Positions 13,241-26,765 of a stretch of 64,000 nucleotides of DNA are shown in pieces. The position numbers and the translations under genes were made by a program. The notes beneath the pieces were generated by a model. That model was given only the letters and a program-made list of their open reading frames with translations, ran no database searches and was not told where the DNA came from. How positions within the stretch are numbered: the first letter of the stretch is position 1; each line of letters starts with the position of its first letter. The DNA comes from Callorhinchus milii (lineage: Eukaryota). The stretch covers positions 21,454,001 to 21,518,000 of the forward strand of contig NW_024704742.1 of NCBI RefSeq assembly GCF_018977255.1, given 5' to 3'.

Positions 13241-13660
13241 GACCGAGACTTTGAACTCACAAGTCTATGATGACATTCCAGTCCAGTGCTGAATCTGTGC
13301 TGAACTTTTGGAGGTGCTGTACTTCAGATGAAACATTAAATCAAGGTCCTGTCTGAGGGCACTAAATATCCTATGGCACTATTCGAAAAGAGAAGTGAGC
13401 TCCTGCCGGTGTCCTGGCCAACAATGCCCCAGATAAAATTGGTCACTCACTTTGTGGCATTTCTGGGACATTGCTGTGAACATATTCACGCCTGCAATTC
13501 ACATACAAAAATACACAGACACTACACTTCACAGCAAAAATACCGCTATTTATAATATTTGCTTATATGCCCTCCTCAACCTATAAAATACTGTCACCAC
13601 AGTTTATAATATATCCTATGAAGTGCTTTGAGATGTCCTCCTGGTGTGAAAGGTGCTCCA
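13241..13660 (+). mobile_element. Deu-domain SINE
   Basis: ggaggtgctgtacttcagatgaaacattaaatcaaggtcctgtctg..atggcactattcgaaaagag. Confidence 0.75.
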
Positions 13661-13829
13661 CACACATACATACTACACACTTTCTTGCATTTCCTACTCA
13701 GTATGATCAAAAATCATGCAATGTTGCTCATGATAGAAATGGCTCCAACAGGAAAATATAGCTTTTAATTTCACTACTTAGCTGCAGGAATCCTGTGAAA
13801 TCAACAGTTTGGTGTTCCACATACACCAA

Positions 13830-14290
13830 AAGACAGACATGCACACACATACACACCCAAACACACAATACATATAGGCAAACACAGATGCACACAATAT
13901 ATTCATACACACACTCACATATGTGGATATCCTCTGTTATACATACACAGATATATACACACAGGCATATACAACAACAACAAGATTACATTTGTATAGC
14001 GCCCTTCACGTCAGAAGGACATCCCAAGGCGCTGATATACATATACACATACACACACAGACACACGCACAGGCAAATACAAACACACCTTGACATACAC
14101 ACACATACAAATATACACACATATACATAATAATAATCTTTGCATTTAATATAGCAACTTATCACGTCTTCAGGATGTGCAAAGCGTGCCACAGAATACA
14201 CTGTAAAATGAATTGACCGTATATTTTGTGGGAAACATATAGACCTATATTTACACATACACAGATATAGATATTCACACAGATAGGTAG
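13830..14290 (+). repeat. Degenerate (CA/TA)n simple repeat containing an L2 tail (about 13970-14035) and a SINE tail (about 14128-14235)
   Basis: CA-rich low-complexity sequence visible directly. Confidence 0.8.
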
Positions 14291-16252
14291 TAAGAATGCA
14301 GATTCATCCCAGCCTTAAAATGAACATCCCCTGGTAATGTTAGCAATGCCAAGGTCATAGCTAAAGTCACAAATTTCAGGACCCTGCCTGTGTAGAAGAT
14401 TCCAACTGAGGTTTAAATTAGATACATTCCTTTAAAGGGAATTAATTGAAAGTGTTTTGTTTCTGTGGTAGAGTCTTCAGAGAAGAAACGTCACAAGTTT
14501 CTCCCTTGATATAAACAGATGGACCAAGGCTTTGTAGCCTCATGTTCTTGAACTTCAGTCCTTAAAAAGGTCACCTTTCTGACATCAATCACCATTGAAT
14601 CCATTCTCAGCAGGTTCATATCATCAAGAGGTTTTGTATCCAGCCAGAAGGAACAGAACTTGCTTGCAATGAAATTAAAGAAAGAAAAAAATCAAGCAGT
14701 GATTTCGACTTATAGGTCACATTGGGTTCTTTCCGCTAGTCATTGATGAATCTAATAATTAAAAGATCACTGGAGAAAAATTTGAAGAAAATATCCCACT
14801 CCTGAGCAAACATGTGTTAAATATATGCACTGTACCATTTATTGCTTTGAACTTAACATTAATGGTCCCTTAAAAAGACCTGCCACTTCAGAATCTTTTG
14901 ATCATCCCTATTCATGACCACTGGATAGTATACTCAGACATTTGGAGCCTGATTTTAAAGGTCTTGGAATCTCGCAAGACACTGCAGATTATAGCACCAG
15001 GAAAGCATTAAACTATTTGACTGGGGTTACCACACTGCAACCCCAGAGATTAACTAAAAATGGGAAGGCTATCATTAAGCAATTCTTAGGAATGTGTGGT
15101 TTGTTGGGGAGTGAGGCACAACAGCTTTCATCCTGAGGCACACAAATTGACAATGATAAACCAACAGTCAATATGCGGAGAACAACTTCTGACCCACTGC
15201 CATCCTCTTGGCAGAATAATTATGCAGCAACCACACCATAGAAGCATCAGCAGTCACTGAAAAATTACAGCGCAGGCCCACAAACAAGTGAAATATAGCA
15301 GATGTGAGTAATGAAATTCACCCTTTGAGTTTCAGATGATGTTACATTCAACTCTCTTATCATTCCTAATGTCACCTGAAACCCGCAATTAGCCAGCAGA
15401 TTTGTAATTCACTCAGTTCTGCATTATTCTTTATATAACACACACTCATTATCAGGAACATAGGAATGCACAGGACTGGAATAGACCTGCTAACCCATCC
15501 CAAAGTAATTGTAAGAATGCTGTAGCCTGCAAGGAAACCCTATCGTAGGAGGTTTGGTGGCAATTGAATTAATTCACTATCCCTCTGAGACCTGGGGTTA
15601 TATCCAGTCCTGAAAAGCAGTTTCCGGTGACTGCAAGTCCGCAGCATAAAAGGGTCCACTATTTGGCACAAATTTCACTAAATCAGATATCTACCATATC
15701 CCCTCCATTGCCACTAGGCGCAGTAAAGGGAGTTTTATTCTGAACCGTGGTGTGGCTGAGTTGGGATGCTGACCCAATGTCTAAAGTATAAAAAAATGTT
15801 CCTGTTAAGCCAAATCTAACAACATCTTTCTCACATCTCGCTTGATTATTCCGAAATTCCACCTCGTCTTAGCCTGCAAGAGTGTTTGTCTTAAAATTTG
15901 AAGTTGCGTTGAATTGTAGAAAAGTCTTAAATTCCATCAAAAATTGGAAGCCAGTTCCTTTCAAGGGCTACGGAAACTGGGTTTCAACTTAAGACTGAAC
16001 TTACAGATTTGCTGCAAAACAATGTAGAGTTTTGGTTCTGCCCCCCTCCTCCCACCCTCTGCCTTGCTCAATGTCCTTTCTAACCCCATCCCTGTAAAGC
16101 ATTCTGGCATGCTAGTTACATAAAATAGGGCACTATATAAATTCATATTGTTGTTCTATATTTCTCCATTAATTAACAACACAATTATACCATTGTTCAG
16201 AAGCTGACCTTCAGTCTAGTCACACATCCTGCGCACTTTCTCTGAATGTCAC

Positions 16253-16360
16253 ATAAGAACATAATAAGAACATACGAAATAGGAGCAGGAATAGGCCATT
16301 CGGCCCCTCGAGCCTGCTCCGCCATTTAATAAGATCATGGCTGATCTTCTAACCTAATTC
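16253..16360 (-). mobile_element. CR1 3'UTR/tail fragment
   Basis: Reverse complement of the CR1 end at 62300-62377 (gctcgaggggccgaatggcctactcctgctccta..cttatg). Confidence 0.85.
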
Positions 16361-19300
16361 CATTTACCCTTATAAGTGCTTACTCATTTGCTTACTCAGT
16401 GAATAGGGTCTAATACACATATCAGTTCTGCAAGGGACCCTTTTCCAGAAGTGCAAGGACTCACCAGAACACAGTCAGTGATACGAAAATAAAGCATCAG
16501 CTTCATTTCCCAAACTTTGCCTTCTAATGTTCTGGCCTGTTCTACAATCTGCTTCACAAATACAAAGCTCAACTTTAGAACTATACATGTAAATGAAACA
16601 CGTTTTTAAATCTATCAGTGAAAATCTAGCCTTTGCCAGTAAGATAAGATAAAGGCTGCTACTCTGTGTGCTGATGCCCCATTATTTTGGTTTGGCAATT
16701 TGCAAGAACAGCAAATATTCTGGTTGCCAGAAAGAGCTCAAAATAATTCTCAAGTCACTTTCAAATCTAACCTTTATTTCTCAATTGGGAGCTGGAATTC
16801 ATCAGAACAACTTATGTAAACCACTTATTATTCACCTCTGCACATATCCCGGTTGTCCTCAAAACGATTCTGGAGCCCTGTGTACTAATCCTATTCATCT
16901 TGTAGAGTGTGCTGAGAGTAAAAGTCATGTTCCAAACTTTTCTCGAGCTATGGTTATTTTGTTTATTACAAGGATGCATGATGATTCTCGCAGACTGCTC
17001 TTTGCAACAAACCCTGGCAAGTTTGCACAATATCGGGAATCGATTGTCAAGTTAAGTGATTCACTGTACCTGAACAACACTAACATTAAATTTAAAAAAA
17101 ACCTCTCTTTGAATACTCTGATCAGGAGGGCTGCATGCCTAACATATCTGCGGAAGACATAGACAAAACACACAAAACACATTCAATTTCTTTCACCAAG
17201 CCAAGGAAATGTGACACAGTTTCACCCAGAAATTGCAAACATCTGCATCTGTGAAGTAGATTTGAGTATCATATTTTTCACTGAGACACGGGATTGCACG
17301 ATATTACAAGACAAAGTGACAGCTTCTAATTGATTCTTCAGTTGTTCTGTACTTTCATGGAAACCGTAACCTTGAGCAGAATCAACCAACACTTGGAAGA
17401 TCATTTCAACAGATGGTAAAGAGTTTGTATGGTCCAAGCCTATTACAACTTGGGTAGTTGGATCGAGGGCTTCTTAATAAACGAGACTGTGATATAATGG
17501 GATGGGTTACATCCCAGCCATTCATGCTCAATACCCAGGGATTTGTCAGGGTCACTGCACCTGCACACCAAGTGCAGGAAGCCGGACAATCCGACCCGAA
17601 TCATCCTCATAAATAGTCAGTATTCCACTGGCCCCTGTGATGCCATGGTTCACTGAGGTGTATAATATAATGGGAGTGCAATGCATTCTTTATCTCGTCT
17701 CTGAGTCAAAAGGCTGTGCGTTGAAGCCCTTTGTTGGCACTTGGAACTCGTATAGTCACACACATTGTAGGACATTGCTGTGCGCAAAAGGGGCATCCAT
17801 GATCGCCCAAAAAAGACACACGATGACACGACTTTACAGTATATCCTGTGAACTGCTTTGAGTGGCTCAATGATATAAGTTGAGGTATCAAATGCAAGGG
17901 TTATCATTATTATTATTTCAATAGGACGGAATTCCACAAGTTTCCTATGCTGGGAGACAATTAATTTTGATAAAAGTAACAAAGACAAAATACTCCTCAC
18001 TTAATAGATATATTTCTAAGAAAACATTTCTCAGCCCGTAAAATAATGAATATTTCTATTGTGTTGCTCATATAAAAAGGACAAACTACAATATAAAGAG
18101 ACACACAGATGTGTAAAAACACATTTATGGGACTGATAAGAGGAGGTATGTCTTTGAAGAAACAAAAGTTAAAATGTAATAAAATATAATTGCTTTGAAG
18201 CTCTGCGACCCAGCTCATGAGTATGTGTGCACCACAACACGTGTTTTACCCACAGATGATGGAAAAAAGTTGTCCTGGAACTCTCTGGTTTTGTGACCTG
18301 CCAAGGACTTGGCAACTTCAGAGCAGGTCTTCCCTGTGGGAAAACCTAGGAGCCATCTATTAAATCCAGGAGCTAATAGATGTAATGCTCTTCCTGCTAG
18401 AGGCATATCTCTGAAGTCAAGTCAGAGCAATACCTTTGTCCAGCTGGAGGCTGCGGATCATCTGTCAGCGACTCCAAGCTCTGTCTGTCCTACCCTCCAA
18501 TTACACTCACTCATTCATTTATACTTTATAGCTGAAAATCCCATGCTGTCCATCTAAACTACCATTAGCACTAATGAAGCAATCGGTCTTTTTCACGCCA
18601 GATTAATTGTTAAAGCGCAGTGCAATAGGAGAAACATGGATTAGTTTGAAAGAGAATGGCTGACGCTCACAGCATATTCACATCACAGCCTCTGGCAGTA
18701 ATTGTACTAAAGGTTAGGTCACAAGATTAGATAAAGGAATTCTTTTAATCCTCTACTACCTAGTCTATTTCAGTCTTGGCTTCCCCCTTGGTCCCCACAT
18801 TTGAGTTCAGTACCAGCCCCGGTTGCTGAAGCAAAACCATCAGATCCCATTGTTAAAGCGGTTACCGAACTGTGCTTTACAATGACGGATGGAAGACACA
18901 CCTTGAAACAAAGATGCTTTGAGAGGCCACTCAAACCACGTGCAGCTGCTTTAGGGAATTAATAATAATCCTTGTATTTGATACAGCTCCTTTCACATCA
19001 AGAGGAGGTCTCAAAGCGCTTCATAGTATTTAGTGTAAAGTGTAATGGTTGTGTACTTTGTAGGCATATTATTCAATGGCTGTTTCTGACTCCTCTACAT
19101 GATGGCAAAAGGAGTATTTCAGAGCTTTCACTTTACAATGATGTAAGCGCTCCAAGACGTTGCCACACTATATAAATGCTATATAAATGCAACTTGTTGT
19201 TATTGTTTCAAGAAAAGGACTTCAGGTTGATTTGAAGTTCAGAGACAAATGTTGCAGCAAAGTATTGAGAGCAATCCTATCCCTTAGGTCAAGTTTGGTG

Positions 19301-21479
19301 ACTGCAATCTGACTTTCCCATGTTTCAGCTCAGAACATGCCTTAATGTGACTAAATTAAGTCTATCAATTTTAAAGCAAAGATTTGTAGAATTACTTGGG
19401 GGGAAAAGAAGGGCATGGGTTTTGATTGAGAATTTCCCCCATTTCTAGGAGACTGATCACTATTAGCTTCAGCACAAAGCACATACTGTAGAAATCAACA
19501 ACTGAAACCAATTCAGGTAACGTGAGAAAGCTTCTGAGGGCTGAACGAACCTTCAAATGTCCATGAAATGCTTCCAAATTTCAAAGTAGAACATCATACA
19601 TTCATGTGTCAGCCTGGCTCAGCTGGTAACACTCTCATATCTGAGTCAGAAGATTGTGAGTTCAAGCCTCTTGTCAGGACTTCCAACTCTTCATCTAGCT
19701 TGACGTTCCAAAACAATAATAATCCTTGCAGTTCATATAGTGCATTATTACATCGTTGAAATGTCTCAAAGCGCTTCATAGGGTTTTACTGTTAAGCGTA
19801 GTTGACTGTGTATTTGTAGGTGAATGCAGCAGAACCTGCAAATTTTTAGACAATTCTTAAATTCATTCTTAATTTGATGGTGATTTTGTGAAAATAATCT
19901 GCATCACCATTAAAATAAAAAGTCACTTTGCATTTTAAAGTGGCTTATCATGTCTCTCAAAGCACACGTTTCACAAATCATTATTTTCAAATGTACTGAA
20001 TGTTTTTGGGGGGCCACTTATGCCATCAACGTTCCTCAAAGAGCAAAGAGATGAATCACCAAATTATCCAGAGGATTATTGGCCTGCACACTAGGAGAAA
20101 CTGACTTCTCTTTTCAAATAGTGTCTAGATTCTTTACCGTCCACCTGAACAGATAAATCGAACCTTGTTTCAATAGCTCATCTGAAAAACAGCACCTCTG
20201 ACAATGCAGTGCCTCCTCCCTCCCATAGTATGGCAATGGAATGTCAAACTGTACTAAGATACTTAAGTAAGGTTGCTGAATGTAATTACAGGAGACAAAC
20301 CAGGCGTATACATCTCCTACTCCATGAATTTACAAATCACTTGTTGAAAAGCGCAAACACTAAAACTGGCTTCTGATAAGCTTTCAGCATTCCTTCAGTA
20401 AAACATCTGAAGACAATATTCTTGTGTCTAATCTCTTGTCACACATCTGCTCCTGCCATATAATTTCAAAAGGTGCCCCTAGAAAAAAAGATTAGCTTTA
20501 GAACAGAAGATATTTCACCGCAAATGACATCAGGTAATTCATTAAATTGAATTTGATGGCCTATGACAAGGTTTAAGTGCTTCAATAAAATATTTTAAAT
20601 GAAATCCAGAGTGCGTCTCTGTTAGGAGTGCAGGGACACAATCCCCATTTATCTGCAATTTTCATCCTGATCACACATAAGGTTGCAAAGGGTGCAAGTT
20701 ATAAAATTGGCCATCGTATTCACTTATGCAATACACAGTCAATCCATTTTACAATATATCTTATGAATTGCTTTGTGAAGTCTTCCCAACGTGAAAGGCA
20801 CAGTATCAAATGTAAGGATTATTATTTATTAAATTATGGAATGGAAGAAAGGTACATGAAACAGAATGCAACAGCAAACGTCTACAATTTATGTAAAATG
20901 AAAGTGAGGGGTTTTGTACAAGAATTATTGTGTGTATTGAAGACATCACTTGCACTAAATAGACAGATACATATAATACAAACTACAGAACTTCTTGGAG
21001 AATTCTTAAATTCAGTCTTAACTTAGAAGCCGGTTTTCTATAGTTCTGATTTTTACAGCAAAGCTCAATTATCATGAATCCAGATTAAATAGTAGCACCT
21101 GTAAGAAATCCTTTACACTTCAATTTGTTCTTCTTTTTATTTTGAAGTTGCGGAAAATTAGCTTCTAAATTAAAATAAAATTCACAAACTTTCCAATATT
21201 CTGCACAAATTAATTTTAATTTTTAAGACTGAAGGCCTGTTCCATGAGTATTTTGGGATCTCAGTGGTAAGCACTCTATGTGAAGGGATTTGCTGGTTTG
21301 GCATAAAACCACCTGAGAATCTAGCATACATAATAATGGGTAGGGGTGCTTGTTAATCCATGGCATACATAGCTTTGCAAGGGCAAAGCAGTAACAAGAT
21401 GCAACTTCCAAGTTGTAATTCTTGTTTAAAGGGTGTCATTCACATTACCAGATTTCTCAGCCATACAAAAATCCATCTG

Positions 21480-21800
21480 TAAGAACTCCTGCTGATCTTT
21501 TGCTTGGTCAGTCGGATATCTGATGCATGTGGAAACTCATCACAATGGTTAAGAGTATCCAAACCAAACTGAGAATTCCATGTATCCCACCTAGACATGG
21601 AAATTCCAGAGATATTTACTGGAATGGAATGCACACTCTCTCCCTGGAGGGACGTATCCAACTTATTTAATTCCAGAGAGTATCAGGGGCAAGTTGGTAA
21701 GCGCCAAAGGTTGGGGACCCCAGAGTGTGCATTGGGGTACTGTTGGAGTCTAACCAGCTAAAACCTCTGCTGCTGGTCTGATAAAAGATGTGCATGAAAA
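21480..21800 (+). repeat. Unclassified interspersed repeat (ggagtctaaccagctaaaacc family)
   Basis: Similar sequence at about 22990-23260, 23380-23690 and 46080-46225 (+) and at 52660-52930 and 54800-55115 (-). Confidence 0.75.
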
Positions 21801-24800
21801 CTGTCCACTTAATGCTGGAGTAATGGACAATGTCTAAAGGAGTTTCTCCCAATCCCAGCAAAACTAACTTATGGCTATAAGTTAGATTGTCTATTATATT
21901 TATGGCACCCTGTCTGCATACAAATGACAGGTGAATTAAAAGCATTCATAAAATGCCGAGACATTCATTGGATACAGTTCCAGTCAGATCAAATAGCACG
22001 GGCATGAAGCAATCTGTCAAAGCTGCTTCTAATCTATCATTTCACTGAAATGCAGCCTGAGCCGAGACTCACTGATCAACCGCCTCCAATGATTGCTTTG
22101 TCAGACACTCTGCTGATAATGTGCAGATCCATTCAGTTCCCCTCCGCTCCTACACTTTTATCTCCTTGATACATTGGGGCTCGGCTTTAACAACAGACCT
22201 CAGAAAAATGCTGGAACTGGTATTCAGTCCTTCTTTTGTCCTGAAGCTAAAGGTAGGAAACAGGCAGAATTGTAATCAGTGCAGGTATGTGTTACTGAAT
22301 CAGCACAGTTAGTAGAAGAGTTCTGATATGATAAAGACTATAGGAAGAAAACCCCAACGTCGGATGGATTCATTCATATCTATTCTGCTAACTAACACTT
22401 CGAAAGAACTTACAACAACAACAACCACTTGCACCTATACATAGTAACTTTCATATAGGATACAATCTCAAAGGTCCTTCATACATACGACAGAGAGCAC
22501 CAAGCAGGGAGGACAGGAAAGAGAATTTAAGGATACTGACCAAAATTATAGGTCAAAGAGGTTTTAAGTGGGAGTTTTTCAGAGGGTTTTTGAAAGAAGA
22601 GAGAAAGAGCAAGATGAAGGGATTTGGAGCAATAGTTCAGAGAGTGGGGGTAAAGTGGCTGAACACTTGGTCTTCGATGGTGGGATCAAGAAAGTGATGA
22701 ATGAGCAGTGGACCAGAGTCACAGGAGCATAAGGCACAGGGCTAGATGAGATTGCAGAGGTAGGGAATGCTAAAACTGTAATGGAATTTATGATAATTAC
22801 CACATCGAGTGGTTTCTAGGTGTGCTGGAGGCAGGTCTCCCCCTCCCCCCACCCACTGCAGCCTTGTCAATGGTTGTCCTAGACTGGTATTCCATTAAAC
22901 CAATGTGAATGTAACTCCACATAGAGCTGCCCCCACTCTCCGGCTGCCCAATGCCACAATGGACTGAAGCCATTTCTTGATACATGCTACCTATGCATAG
23001 GAATTTCCCTGCGTCTGGGATGGAATGTGTACTCTCTCCTTGGAGGGACACATCTTGCACACATAGTAAAGTATTAGATGCAAGTGGGTGAGAATCAATG
23101 TTTAGGGACTGTCAGAGTGTGCATTGGTGTCCTGCTGGAGTCTAACCAGCTAAAACCTCATAGCTTGTCATTGAAAGCGCTGTCTGGCAAACATCCCGCT
23201 GTTTGTTGATGAGGGCCACCATACTCTTTTGGGCTTTGACTCATAGGGTTAACAGGAGCCGATTGGGAAGAATCCCTGGCCCCAGTCAGCAGTCTGCACC
23301 TCTAGGTACTGCTAACTCTATCATCAGCAGTGACCTGGAGGACTGCGTACTCAGCTAATATTGGAGAATTCCTGAAGTTTTATTTTGGTCAGTCGGGTGT
23401 CTGATATGCACAGAAAACCATCACTATTGTTAAGAGTGTCCAAACCAACTAACAGTTCTGCATGTGGATGAAATCCATTTGTCCAATATGGAATGCACTC
23501 TCTCCCCAAAGAGACACACCCTGCTTACCCTGAAGTGATCAGATGCAGGGTGGCAAGAGATGAGTCACAGAGAGCCTAGAGTGTACATTGGGGTACTGGT
23601 GGAATTGAACCAGCTAAAACCGCACAGCTTGCCATTGAGAGCACTGGCAGGCTTCCCACTGCTTGTTTGGCTATGACCACCAGAGATTGATCCTGGAATG
23701 AGGCACCACTTGAGATTGTGACTTGGAGGATATATGAAAATCATGATATCTGTGCAATTAAATCCAAGTTACAAGGATGTACTTGCTTCTCATTTTCACA
23801 TTGAGTAAAGACAAATGCAAAATACAGTCACTTTGGAGTAAATCTAGTGAAGCGCTTTGAGATGCGCTGTATCAAATGCAAGTTTATTTTAAAATTTGAT
23901 CGCAATCATTCATTTTGAAACTATTCAAATTGCCAAATTCAAATTGTATTAGCTGCAACGCTCAAGATTCAACCAGCTTTCTTTTGTATCTTCACTTTGT
24001 ATGTGAGTGTGTGTCAACAGTAACAATTACATTCGTATAGCGCCTTTCACACCGGAAAGACGTCCCAAGGCGCTGGACATTTAAGGGTGTGTACTCGAGC
24101 TGGGAGTTGGAATCAAGAGGGATGGAGGGTAGAGAAGGTGGGAGGATGACCGAAAGCATAATCAAAACACAAGCAAATTGTTGCTTCTGGGCTAAATATT
24201 CTTGTGATAAAGTGAATTAATTTGCGACACCTTCCCTCTATTGCTGTGCAGTATCCTGTCTAGTAAAACTAAACATGCTCTCAATCCTCGCCCCTACTTG
24301 CCCTCTGCCTCCTTCTTCCGCCCCTCTCCCCCAAAGTCAGTGTACTCAAGTGTTTAACTGTGCTGTTATACAGAACATATCTGCTGCCCTCTTGTGTTCT
24401 CAGTATAATAATGCAAACACAAAAGCTCTGAAGTTTCACCTTGTTGTTTGCTGCTAGGCAATTTTGTCTTCAAAAAAGTCACCCCAAACTGTGGAAAATT
24501 CTGACTCAATTTGAAAAACTTTTTTTTAAAGAACTGTGTTAATTCAGCTTCCAAATCAAGACTGAATTTAAGAATGTTCCACAATTCTTCACAGTTTAAT
24601 TTTGAAAACAAAGTCCTTCAGAGGTAGAATTTCAGGCTCGAGTTATCCTCACTACGAGGTCACAAGATCACAAGATTGGTCTGGATGATGAAGGCCTTTT
24701 GGCCCATCTAATCGCATTCCTCCAGAACATTCACCCCACCATCTCCCATCACTGCTGGCACTTTTACCATTACACCAGGAAGCAAGAGCCCCAATAAAAG

Positions 24801-25974
24801 CCAGCAGGTCCATAGATCAACCTACTGAATAATAATAATCGTATTTAATATAGGGTCTTCCACGTCAGGAGGACATCTCATAACACTTCACAGGATATAC
24901 TCTAAAGTGTAGTGACTGTACATGTTGGAGGTAAACACGGAAGCCAGTTTGTGGACAGCAATGTCTCATAAACAGGCATGAAATGCATGACCAATTTTAT
25001 TTAGGAAGTTCTTGGCCAAGATACCAGGAGAAACTCCCTTCTCTTTTCCAACGATGCCATGGAATCTGTAACATTCACCTAAACAGACAGATGGGAACTC
25101 AGTTCAACATCTCATCCGAATGAAGGCATCTTCAACAATGCAGCAGACTTCCAGAGGGGAGTAATATTGCAACAAGTCAACTGTGATGAATGCATGATTG
25201 CAACTAACTGGCATACTGAAATAAGAGTATTAAATGAAGCCAGCTTCCTGGTTGCAATCATCCTTTATTAGGTTGAAATGCTGTCTTTTGGATGAGACAT
25301 TAAATCAATGCCCTGTCTGCCTGTCCACATGGATGACAAAAGAGAAGGGAGTATCCTGGCCAATATTTCCCCAAATAAAAATTGGTCACTCACTTCACGG
25401 CTGCTTTGGATCATTGCTGGAAGCAAATTGATTGTTGCATTTTCCCACAAAACACAAAGTCACTGCATTTTACAGTATATCCTGTGAAGAGCTTTGGACA
25501 TCCTCCTGATGTGAAAGGTGACTGGATGGAAATCACCATTCAATAATAAATGTTGAGTTAGTTTGATCCAGAGGGTAAAATGAAATATGTAGAAAACGTA
25601 ATGCTTGCCTGACTTTGTGTATTTTATTTGGTGTAAGCCATATTCTGAAAATGTGGTTAAAATATGTCGTTAACTTTAAGCAATAAATCAATGCCAGACA
25701 CGATTAATGCAGTCAGGTTGGGACTCAGCTCTTCAGATAGCCAGTCTCATACTGTCTATAATTTGTTAAATTGTGCTTTCAGTAACATCCCTATCACATT
25801 TACTTTCAGTGGCCCTGACAAACACTGTCATTTAGTTGCAACATAATAAAAGGTCAACCCTTCATTTGCCACACGTTTTACTGACTTTTGAAGTAGCCTT
25901 TCAGGAGACATATAACACATTCCAGAGTATTAGATTTCACTTCTCCTAGAAGTTTAAAGTCTCTTTGGTTTTCA

Positions 25975-26765
25975 ACAATAACAACAACTTAACTTCTATA
26001 GTGCTCTTCATGTCAAGTAATATCTTTGAGGACTTTACACAGACAGTACCCTGATACTGAACAAGGAAAGTGGGTTGAGGGAAGTGACCATAGTCACGTT
26101 TGAAAAGATAGGTTCTTAATTGGGTTCTGAATAGATAACGGGTGAAATGGAAGAGTCGAGGAGGGAGATCCAGAGACTGAGACATAATGGCTGAAGGCTT
26201 GGTCATCAATGGTTGGGTTGGGGATGGGTCGCACGGAGGAAAAGCAGTAAGCTCGAGTTTTCTGAGCTGATGAGTGGGTGAGGGTGCAGTGAGCAGAAGA
26301 GTGAGGTTGGGGAAATTAACAGAGGTAGGGGAGTATAAGTCTATGAGGAGATTGATAGGTGAGGGTAAAGATCTTGATGTCAATCTGCTGGGAGACTATA
26401 GAGTCTGGCGAGGACAGGAATCATGCAAAGTTTGGATGTAGGCAGCCTGGAGCTCAATTTTAAAAGATATGAATGAAAGTTTTGGATTGTGATAGAGACA
26501 GAGGGAAGCAACGTAACACAGATGGAGAAAGGAGATCTTGGTCAGGGAGCAGCTGTGAGGAAGAAAATAGAAATGAGGATCAAGCTGAATACCAAGGTCG
26601 TACACTGGTTCAGTCAGTTTGAGAGAAACACCTGGACAGTCGAGAAAGTCAGAGCCAGAAGCAAGGAGGCATTGGCAGGAGCCGAGGAGGATGACTTCTG
26701 TTTGGCCCATGATAAATTGAAGGATGTTTGGGCTCATCCAGGCCTTGATGTCTGACAGGTAGGCG
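25975..26765 (-). mobile_element. Older L2-clade LINE fragment
   Basis: LSDIKAWMSPNILQF..QTEVILLG, LGIQLD and FRTQLRTYLF motifs; L2 tail at 25975-26040. Confidence 0.8.

Noticed and set aside
14575..14662. Possible exon KFCSFWLDTKPLDDMNLLRMDSMVIDVRK
   Set aside because: Weak AAG acceptor and gtgacc donor; its phase does not fit the last coding exon.
16668..17162. 164-aa ORF
   Set aside because: No splice context or recognisable motif; consistent with a chance ORF.
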